From a virus, in IMG/VR virus record IMGVR_UViG_3300045988_104080, positions 1-52,391 of that record: a stretch of DNA of 52,391 bases; one strand, 5' to 3'. The position numbers and the translations under genes are program-made. Within the stretch, counting starts at the first letter, position 1. The number at the start of each line of letters is the position of its first letter. Shown here piece by piece: positions 24,576 through 32,123 of this stretch. A model generated the notes under the pieces. The model was not told where the DNA came from and did not search any database. It saw only the letters and a program-made list of their open reading frames with translations.

Positions 24576-25076
24576 GTGTCAACCACAACGAAAAAAAGGC
24601 CCCTCGAATTCCTTCGAGAGGCACGAATATCTGCCGGATATGTCAGCCGGGGAACAGCTTCAACGGCGGTTCCGTTCTCGCCTGAGACCATAGGGCGGCA
24701 TGAGCGCGGAGACGTCGAGATGGAGCCGGAGGACGCAGTTGTCTATGCAGAGAGCTACCGGAGGCCGGAAGTCCTGCTGCACTACTGTTCGACCTGCCCC
24801 GTAGGCGCCAAGCTGGGAAAGCAGACGAGGGAACTTGAGCTCCCGCACGCAACCTTGAGAATACGTCGGCTCATAGCCGATGGGCAGGAGGTGGCGGACC
24901 GCCTGGAGGAGATCGCCTTCGACGGAGTCATCGACGACGGGGAGCGGATGGAGTTCGCAGACGCCCTCCAATTCCTCCGGCAACTGGAACAGTCCATTAT
25001 GGACATCATACTCATCGGCCTGGAAAATGAGAAGGCCGCCCCCGGTGCAACGGGAAGCGGCCAAATGCGGAAATAA
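24576..25076 (+). CDS. XRE-like HTH domain protein
   Basis: ORF from 24567; the preferred GTG is 24576, 9 nt after GGAGG. HTH-like ..LREARISAGYVSRGTASTAVPFSPETIGRHERG... Confidence 0.5.
   Translation: MSTTTKKRPLEFLREARISAGYVSRGTASTAVPFSPETIGRHERGDVEMEPEDAVVYAESYRRPEVLLHYCSTCPVGAKLGKQTRELELPHATLRIRRLIADGQEVADRLEEIAFDGVIDDGERMEFADALQFLRQLEQSIMDIILIGLENEKAAPGATGSGQMRK
25041..25054 (+). promoter_or_regulatory. GTGCAA-loop hairpin, copy 4 (inside the 3' end of the upstream CDS)
   Basis: CCCG-gtgcaa-CGGG followed by ..aagcggccaaatgcggaaataactaacc.., a degenerate version of the leader unit. Confidence 0.4.
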
Positions 25077-25135
25077 CTAACCGCTATCATAGTACCATAC
25101 TCCCGGCCGCCTGTCAAGCGAAAGGAGTTTTATCA

Positions 25136-26227
25136 ATGGCATACGACATCGTTCAACTGAACAAGTACCCGAGGGACCGCTACAACGTCCTGGTGCCTGT
25201 AACCACGATGCAGGCAGCGTCCAACCTCCAGCGGATTACCGTCTCTGAGGTGCAGCTCGACACCCGGCAGGACAGCAGCAACCGGGGGCCGAGCAAGGAC
25301 ATCTACTTCGAGAAGTCCAGCGGGGCCTTCGCCATCACGAAGGTGGGAGGGATGAAGCTGGCGGCTGCCGCCAACATCTCCATTGTCGGCACGGAACCGG
25401 GCCGCACCGAGGGGTGCCAGCGCTGCATCGAGATGGCCCGGGCGACCGGGCAGCCCCGGGTATGCGGGAACTGCCCCCACGTCCACGACGTAGCCGTCAC
25501 CGTAACCATCCGAGTGCCGGAGCCCTCCGGCGGCTTCCGGCTGATGCAGGCCACCAAGGAAATCGACTGCACACTGGAGGCCAGCAGCATGAAGGATGGA
25601 GCCAACGGCCAGCAGTTCAGACGGTTCCTGCCTCACCGCACAGCGATGGCGGAGAGCAAGGCGTTTATGCGGGCCATCCGGGCGGCCCTGGGGCTTGCTG
25701 GAACCTACCCCCTGGAGGAGCTGAAAAAGCCCTTCGTCGTGGCCCGCATGGTTCCCAACCTGGATGCACCGGAAATCAAGCAGGCCGTCGCCCAGAACTA
25801 CTTGCAGTCCATGGGGATGCTGTTCGAGGCCCCGACGGCCACCGGTGCCCGCCAGATCGAAGCGCCCAAGGAGGCGGAGATCGTGGCGCCGTATGACGAC
25901 GAAGCCCAGGGGGCGGCACCCTGGGAAGCGCCGCCTGAGGAGCCGGACACCTGGAGCGGGCAACCTGGCTACGGGCCGGAGGACTACGACGACCGGACGC
26001 CGCCGCAGCGCAACGCCCACCCGGCCCTTCCTCAGGAAACGCCCGGGGGCTACCAGGGACAGCCGAACGCAATTTGCTGTACTGCCTGCGGCCGGGAGAT
26101 CACCGGCGGGACGTCCCGTAAGGGGCGCGTCTGGACGCCGGAAGACGTAGCTGGGTACAGTCAGAGGAATTTCGGGAGGGTGCTTTGCACCTCCTGTCAG
26201 GAGAAGGTCAGAGGAGGGCAGCGCTGA
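25136..26227 (+). CDS. Zinc-ribbon protein, possibly a RecT-like single-strand annealing protein
   Basis: 363 aa, RBS AAAGGAG. Internal CQRC...CGNC and C-terminal CCTACG...CTSC motifs. ..HRTAMAESKAFMRAIRAALGL.. is reminiscent of the RecT MA.KTA.RR motif. Sits next to the SbcDC-like nuclease. Confidence 0.3.
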   Translation: MAYDIVQLNKYPRDRYNVLVPVTTMQAASNLQRITVSEVQLDTRQDSSNRGPSKDIYFEKSSGAFAITKVGGMKLAAAANISIVGTEPGRTEGCQRCIEMARATGQPRVCGNCPHVHDVAVTVTIRVPEPSGGFRLMQATKEIDCTLEASSMKDGANGQQFRRFLPHRTAMAESKAFMRAIRAALGLAGTYPLEELKKPFVVARMVPNLDAPEIKQAVAQNYLQSMGMLFEAPTATGARQIEAPKEAEIVAPYDDEAQGAAPWEAPPEEPDTWSGQPGYGPEDYDDRTPPQRNAHPALPQETPGGYQGQPNAICCTACGREITGGTSRKGRVWTPEDVAGYSQRNFGRVLCTSCQEKVRGGQR

Positions 26228-26361
26228 TGAAGACTGAGAAGTGGTACTGGTACACCTTTGCTGACGGGTACAGAGTCCTGGTAAGAGGGTTCAGCGCCCA
26301 GGAGCGCAAGGTCGAGGAGCAGAAGCACGGGAGAGTCATCTCCAAGGTACTGGACCGATAA
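26227..26361 (+). CDS. Small hypothetical protein
   Basis: 44 aa, TGATG overlap with the upstream gene; fills the gap before 26375. Confidence 0.4.
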   Translation: MKTEKWYWYTFADGYRVLVRGFSAQERKVEEQKHGRVISKVLDR

Positions 26362-26374
26362 GGAGGGATACGCC

Positions 26375-29300
26375 ATGAAAATACTTCACACCGGCGACAT
26401 CCACCTGGGAGACCTGGCAGGCCCCACCAAGGACGGCCGGAACCTGCGCCGGGAGGACACCATCCGCTGCATGGAGGAGATTTACTGCCGGGCCTTCCTT
26501 GAGGAGCCCGATCTCACCATAATCGCCGGGGACCTGTTCAACCGGTCCCGCGTGTGGGCGGACACCGCCCTGGAGGATGTAAACGACGCCCTGGAGCGGT
26601 TCATCATCCCGCTGTGCAAGTGCAGCGACGCCGTGGTGCTGCTGTTCGGCACCATGAACCATGACAACCCCAGGGCCTTCGAGCTTATCAAGAGGGCCAC
26701 CAGGGACCTCAAGAACCTGCACATCTACACAGAGCCGAAGGTGGAGGAGATCACCACCAGCAGCGGCGCGGTTCAGATCGTGGCCGTCCCCGGCTTCGAC
26801 AAGGCCCGGCTCCGACTGTTTTGCCCCGGGGTGGACAAGGAGACGGAAAGCCGGAACGCCACCGCGCTTATCAACGACATCGCCCTGGGCCTGTCCACGG
26901 AGCTGGACAAGTCGAAACCGTCCATCCTGGTGGCTCACTATACGGTCAGCGGAAGTGAGGCGGACAACGGCTCCACCTTCCTGGCCGGTCAGGACGTTGT
27001 GGTGCTCCCGGCGACCATCGACGCCATGGGCGTGGACCTGGCCTGCTTCGGCCACATCCACAAGCCGCAGCGCCTCGTGTGCCAGACACCGGCCTATTAC
27101 TGTGGTTCGGTCAATCAGCTCACCTTCAACGACGAGGGCACCGACCACGGCTTCTACATCCACACCATCGACGGCCAGGTCTCCAGTGAGTTTGTGGGGA
27201 CGCCGGAGCGAAAGCACTACACCCTCCGCCTCTCCCCGGACGACGTTGCCGCCTTCATCACCGAAGGCGTGGCGCCGACACCGGCGGGGATCGCCAATGC
27301 CGTTGTCCGGGTCCGTTACTCCTGCACTGCGGAGCAGGACAAGGCCTTCAACCGGGCGGAGCTCCAGAAGCGGCTTATGGAGGCCGGGGCCTTCTATGTT
27401 GCCGAGGTAATGCCGGAGGACGTTGAGGAGCTGGACGCCAAGGACCAGCTTACGGAGCACGACGGCCCGGCCGAGTGCCTGGGCCGCTGGCTGGCTACCA
27501 ACGGCGTGGAGCCGGAGAAGGCAGCTCGTCTCTCCGAGCTGGCCGCGCCGATCATCAAGCAGGCGGACGACGGCCGGGGGGACAGCAAGCACACCGGCGC
27601 ATTTTCCCCGCGCTCCATCGAGGTCAAGAACTACCGCAGCTACACGGCCGCGAGCTTCGACTTCGAGCCGGTTCACATGGCCATGGTCAACGGCCCTAAT
27701 GGCGTGGGCAAGTCCAGCCTGTTCATGGACGCCCTGGCTGATTGCCTGTACGAGCAGACCCGCAAGGAGGACATTGGCGGCTGGGTGAGGGATGGCACCA
27801 AGAGCGGCAGCATTACCTTCACCTTCGGCCTGGGCGGACAGGATTACCGGGTTATCCGCACCAGGACCAAGAGCGGGCGCGGCACCCTGGCGCTCCAGCG
27901 CTGGGACGCAGACGGTCAGGCATGGGCCGACGAGAGCGACACCACCATGAAGCTGACGCAGGCCCGCATTGAGCGGCTGCTCGGTATGGACTGCACCACG
28001 TTCTGCTCCATAGCCCTCATCCGTCAGGATGCCTACGGCCTATTCCTGGAGGCCGGGAGCGATCAGCGCATGGCCGTCCTGTCCGCCCTCCTGGGCCTGG
28101 ACATCTACGGCAGGATGGAAGACCTGGCGAAGGCTGCTGCCACAGAGCAGCGCCGGAAGCTGGCGGCCATCCGGGAGCGCAGCGCCATCCTTGACGAGAC
28201 CATCCGGCAGTTGGATGCGGTCAAGAGCGAAGATGACAGGCTCGCGGAGGAGGTGGAGGCCGTCGAAAGCTCCATCAAGGGCCGGGAGGCAGCCCTTCGG
28301 GCGGCAGAAGCCAACGAAGCCCTCCGGCAGGAGATCACCCGGCAGATCGAGGAGAAGCGGCGACTGGCAAAGGACTACCGCCTCCAGGCGGCAGACAAGG
28401 CAAGCAGATACCTCGACCTCGAAGCGGAGCGCTCGGAGGCTTGCGCTGCGGCTGATGGCCTGGAGGACGCCGTAAAGGCGGCGGAGCGGGTCAAGGTGGC
28501 CCGGGAGATCATGCAGCGTGTGGCGCCGGATGTGGAGCGGGACAAGGAGCTCTTGAAGGAACGGTCCTGGGCAACCAATGAGATATTGTCTTCCGACCAG
28601 AGGGTGAAGCGGCTGGAGAGTGAAAAGAGCCGGAACGAGTTCGTCCTCTCGAAAAGAGAGGCGGTCGAGAAGGCCAAGAAGGAGCTGTCCGAGCTGGCCG
28701 AAAAGAAGGACGCCATCCGGCGCAGGCTGGCAGAGCTGGAGACTGCGAACGCTTCGTACCGCGATGCGAAGGCGGAGAGCGACCGGTATCTCCAGGAGGC
28801 TAAATCAGACATCCGGGTGCGTGAAGCGGAAATCCAGAGGGCGCAGGAAGAAGCGGCTCGCCTGGAGGACAGCGGGTGCCCAGTTCCCGAGACGGCGACC
28901 TGCAAGTTCCTGTCCGCTGCCGTCAAGTGTAAGCAGACACTCCCCGGTATGCTTGATGATCTGGAGGCTGCCAAGGCCGGGCGCCGCAAACGCTACGATG
29001 AACTCAAGGCCGCTGCCGATCAGGCCAAGGCGGCCCTCGACTCCTTTGGCAACCCGCTGGGGGAGCTGTCTGAGTTGGAGGAACGGGAGCGGAACTTGCG
29101 GGAGATTGCATCCAAGGAAGCTGATATTTCGGCTGCTGCTGCGGCTCTCGAAAAAATTGAGGAATCCATCCTGGAGGCAAGGGAGACGACGGACAAGGCC
29201 CTATCTCGAATCAAAGAGATCGACCTTGAGCGGGAACGCCTTACGCAGTCTGTTACCGCCTACCAGGAAGCAGACGGAGACATCCGGTGTTTCTCCGAGT

Positions 29301-30151
29301 TGGCCGACGAGCTGCCTGAATGTCAGGCGGGAGCCGCCAAGGCCGAGGCCCTAGCTCCACAAATCGCCCAGATCAAAGCAGAGACGGCGGAGCTCCGGCG
29401 GAAGTCGGAGGATATGGAGCGAGAGGCGGAGGAGATCGCAGCCAGGGTGCCGGACGCCGGGAGCTCGGTGGACCGTATCCGCGCTGACATTGACCGGCAG
29501 CGGAACGAACTTACCGACCTGGTGACCCGCCGGGGGCAGCTCAAGGCGAAGCTGGAGGACATCGCGGAGGCCGAGACCAAGTCCCGGGAGCTTCGCCGGG
29601 AGGCGGAGGAGACGGGCGTTGTCCTGAACGACTACACCACTCTGGCCCAGGCATTTGGCCTGGATGGCATCCAGTACATGATTGTGCGCGGGGTCGTGCC
29701 GGAGATCATGCGCCGCTCCAACGAAATCCTGGCAGCGATGACCGGCGGCAGAATGGCGGTGGACATCCGCACGGAGCGGGAGCAGAAGTCTACCAAACAA
29801 GTGGTCAATAGCCTGGAGGTCTGGATTAACACCATCACGGGCGGGACGCGCCCCTATCTGTCCCACAGCGGCGGCGAGAAGGTCAAGATTGCTCTGGCCG
29901 TTACTCTGGGTCTGGCGGACGTCAAGGCCCGCCGTGCGGGGGTCCAGCTCGGGATGCTGTTCATCGACGAGCCCCCCTTCCTGGACGCGGATGGCACAGA
30001 GGCCTATGCCGACGCATTGACCGCGATGGCGGCCCGGAACCCGAACATGAGAATACTTGCTATTTCTCACGACCCAACCATGAAGGCCAGGTTCGTGCAG
30101 AACATCGTGGTAACCGGCGGAGACGACGGCAGCACGGTCACGATGGAATAA
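26375..30151 (+). CDS. SbcD-SbcC (Mre11-Rad50-like) fusion nuclease/ATPase
   Basis: 1258 aa. N-terminal calcineurin-like phosphoesterase motifs (GDIHLG, GDLFN, GTMNHD, GHIH). Walker A GPNGVGKSS near aa 450, about 600 aa of coiled coil, signature LSHSGGEKV, Walker B LFIDEPP and ISHD. Confidence 0.85.
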   Translation: MKILHTGDIHLGDLAGPTKDGRNLRREDTIRCMEEIYCRAFLEEPDLTIIAGDLFNRSRVWADTALEDVNDALERFIIPLCKCSDAVVLLFGTMNHDNPRAFELIKRATRDLKNLHIYTEPKVEEITTSSGAVQIVAVPGFDKARLRLFCPGVDKETESRNATALINDIALGLSTELDKSKPSILVAHYTVSGSEADNGSTFLAGQDVVVLPATIDAMGVDLACFGHIHKPQRLVCQTPAYYCGSVNQLTFNDEGTDHGFYIHTIDGQVSSEFVGTPERKHYTLRLSPDDVAAFITEGVAPTPAGIANAVVRVRYSCTAEQDKAFNRAELQKRLMEAGAFYVAEVMPEDVEELDAKDQLTEHDGPAECLGRWLATNGVEPEKAARLSELAAPIIKQADDGRGDSKHTGAFSPRSIEVKNYRSYTAASFDFEPVHMAMVNGPNGVGKSSLFMDALADCLYEQTRKEDIGGWVRDGTKSGSITFTFGLGGQDYRVIRTRTKSGRGTLALQRWDADGQAWADESDTTMKLTQARIERLLGMDCTTFCSIALIRQDAYGLFLEAGSDQRMAVLSALLGLDIYGRMEDLAKAAATEQRRKLAAIRERSAILDETIRQLDAVKSEDDRLAEEVEAVESSIKGREAALRAAEANEALRQEITRQIEEKRRLAKDYRLQAADKASRYLDLEAERSEACAAADGLEDAVKAAERVKVAREIMQRVAPDVERDKELLKERSWATNEILSSDQRVKRLESEKSRNEFVLSKREAVEKAKKELSELAEKKDAIRRRLAELETANASYRDAKAESDRYLQEAKSDIRVREAEIQRAQEEAARLEDSGCPVPETATCKFLSAAVKCKQTLPGMLDDLEAAKAGRRKRYDELKAAADQAKAALDSFGNPLGELSELEERERNLREIASKEADISAAAAALEKIEESILEARETTDKALSRIKEIDLERERLTQSVTAYQEADGDIRCFSELADELPECQAGAAKAEALAPQIAQIKAETAELRRKSEDMEREAEEIAARVPDAGSSVDRIRADIDRQRNELTDLVTRRGQLKAKLEDIAEAETKSRELRREAEETGVVLNDYTTLAQAFGLDGIQYMIVRGVVPEIMRRSNEILAAMTGGRMAVDIRTEREQKSTKQVVNSLEVWINTITGGTRPYLSHSGGEKVKIALAVTLGLADVKARRAGVQLGMLFIDEPPFLDADGTEAYADALTAMAARNPNMRILAISHDPTMKARFVQNIVVTGGDDGSTVTME

Positions 30152-30196
30152 CGCCGGTTCAGCGCCGGAAGTCTAAACGAAGGGAGGGACTGCCGG

Positions 30197-30910
30197 TTGA
30201 ACTACATTCTGGAGATCAACGCCTTTGAACGGCGAATGAAACGGCAGCCCCTCCCTACCACGGCGCAGCTCCTATGGTATAAGCTCATGGCCTTCGCCAA
30301 CCGGCAACACTGGCCGGAGTGGTTCTCTGTGGACAATGATCGCCTCACGGACCTGCTCGGTTCCGGCTCAGACAAGACCGTGAGGACAGCCAGACAGCAG
30401 CTCATGGACGCCGGGTTGCTGATCTATGAGAAGGGTGTCAAAGGGAAGCCGGGACGCTACAAGTTGCCGTCCGTCGCCTCCCAGGAGTACCCGGACGCCG
30501 TGCCGGAAATCTACCCGGCCTACGATAAGCCAGGCATCGAAGGGTACCTGGAGGAAGACCTCAATACGTATTTTGGATATACGGAGTCCATCGCGGCAGA
30601 GGTCAAGAGCGTCACACAGGAGCTATTTGACATTTTCCGCCCTGGGTACAGGGCGACCCAGAGGGACGAGGCCGAGGTCTTCCACAAGATCGTAGACCGA
30701 GAAGGCAGCGGGCCGGTTGACACGGTCCTCTCTGTCTCTGAGGACAGGAAGGCGCTGCTGGTCTACGCCTTCGAGCAGGCCAGCCTTGTGGGGGCGGTGA
30801 ATTGGAATTACCTCAACGCCATATACCGCAACTTTGGAGATCGGAACATCAAGACTGTGGATGACGCCTATGCCTACGACGCAGATCGGGATTACCGGCT
30901 GGGCCGGTGA
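30197..30910 (+). CDS. Replisome organiser / DnaD-like replication protein
   Basis: 237 aa, TTG start after GGGAGGGA. Winged-helix-like N-terminus and a DnaD/DnaB_2-like C-terminus (..NWNYLNAIYRNFGDRNIKTVDDA..). Confidence 0.65.
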   Translation: MNYILEINAFERRMKRQPLPTTAQLLWYKLMAFANRQHWPEWFSVDNDRLTDLLGSGSDKTVRTARQQLMDAGLLIYEKGVKGKPGRYKLPSVASQEYPDAVPEIYPAYDKPGIEGYLEEDLNTYFGYTESIAAEVKSVTQELFDIFRPGYRATQRDEAEVFHKIVDREGSGPVDTVLSVSEDRKALLVYAFEQASLVGAVNWNYLNAIYRNFGDRNIKTVDDAYAYDADRDYRLGR

Positions 30911-30959
30911 ATATCAAATTTTGCTGCCATTGGTGGCATTAAAACGAGAGGTGGTACCA

Positions 30960-31556
30960 ATGAAAGAGAGGTTGGTGGTGGCTGCTTGCCTGGTCCTTTG
31001 CCTGGCCCTGTTTGTAAGCGGGGCGTCTGGCATCGTGACGCCGAAGGCGGAGCCCCCGGAACAGAAGGGGCCCGTGGTCCTATCCATCAAGGAGCTGGAG
31101 CCACTGGTGGAAGTGGCGCCGCAGCCGGTTGAGACGGAAGCTCGGGCGAAACCGGAGGAGCCGGAAATATCCTTGACGGATGCAGAGGTCGAGATGCTGG
31201 CCTGCGCGATCTACCAGGAGGCAGGCGGGGACGCCTGCTGCGACCTGTGCAGATACCGGGTGGGCGATGTCATCCTGAACCGCACGAAGGATGAGCGCTT
31301 CCCGGACACCGTCGAGGAGGTACTTACAGCCTACCGCCAATACGGCCGGTTCTATTGGACCGGGGTGAAGTGGGCGGACCGCGCAGATCAGCCCGGGGAG
31401 GCTCACGCGGTAGCACGGGCGAAGCGGATCGCCAAGGCCATCGCAGGCGGAGAGCACTCGGACCTTTACGGCGAAGGATATGTGTTCCAGGCCGAATTTG
31501 AGCAAGGAACCGGCGTGCTCTACTGTGAAAACTGTGGAATTTATTTCGGGAGGTAA
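30960..31556 (+). CDS. Secreted cell wall hydrolase, SleB-like (Hydrolase_2)
   Basis: 198 aa. Signal-peptide-like N-terminus (LVVAACLVLCLALFVSGASG). ..LACAIYQEAGG...VGDVILNR......FPDTVEEVL....QY.. matches the SleB/CwlJ hydrolase core. Confidence 0.7.
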   Translation: MKERLVVAACLVLCLALFVSGASGIVTPKAEPPEQKGPVVLSIKELEPLVEVAPQPVETEARAKPEEPEISLTDAEVEMLACAIYQEAGGDACCDLCRYRVGDVILNRTKDERFPDTVEEVLTAYRQYGRFYWTGVKWADRADQPGEAHAVARAKRIAKAIAGGEHSDLYGEGYVFQAEFEQGTGVLYCENCGIYFGR

Positions 31557-31562
31557 GGGACA

Positions 31563-31748
31563 ATGAGAAAGACCGTCCCCCGCCAATGCAAAATATTCAA
31601 CTGCGACCGGCGGCACGGGAACATCTGCTGCGCTGACTGCGGATACCGGAAGAACCAATGCAGTAACCCATGCCTGAACCACCCTTCTCGGTGCGGCCAG
31701 GTGTCTGGCGTGTTTTCCAGGAAGGGGAAAACCGCGAAGGGAGGTTGA
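31563..31748 (+). CDS. Small Cys-rich protein
   Basis: 61 aa with 8 Cys (CKIFNC..ICCADCG..C..C). Confidence 0.45.
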   Translation: MRKTVPRQCKIFNCDRRHGNICCADCGYRKNQCSNPCLNHPSRCGQVSGVFSRKGKTAKGG

Positions 31749-31752
31749 CGCT

Positions 31753-32106
31753 TTGGAACAGATCACCTTTGACGAGCTCCTGGCCGGAGCTGCACCGGGC
31801 CCCGGCCCGCCGGAAGGGGTACGGGACCTACCTGGGTTTGAGGAGGCGCGAGAGCGTCTGCGGAGCAAGGGGTTTCCATACGGCTGGGTAGACAAAGTGG
31901 TTACCCCGGACGAGCCTGGGGCCGTATTTGTGAAGAAGGGCATCCCGTTTGAACGTAGTAGCTGCCCGGAATATGAAGGGATTTGGCTATGCGGGGGATT
32001 TAGCTCAGTTCAATGCAACGCCCACAACGGACTATTGCCCGGAATGATGTGGGACACGACCTGCGGGAAGAACCCGGAGCAGTGCCCATTCCGGCAGAGA
32101 AACTAA
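31753..32106 (+). CDS. Hypothetical protein
   Basis: 117 aa, TTG start 8 nt after GGGAGG. Confidence 0.45.
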   Translation: MEQITFDELLAGAAPGPGPPEGVRDLPGFEEARERLRSKGFPYGWVDKVVTPDEPGAVFVKKGIPFERSSCPEYEGIWLCGGFSSVQCNAHNGLLPGMMWDTTCGKNPEQCPFRQRN

Positions 32107-32123
32107 AAATTGGAGGAAGAAAC

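Noticed and set aside
28860-28940. A Rad50/SbcC zinc hook at the coiled-coil apex.
   Set aside because: No CxxC motif is present, only CPVPETATC...C, so a canonical hook cannot be claimed. The observation is reported under the fusion finding.
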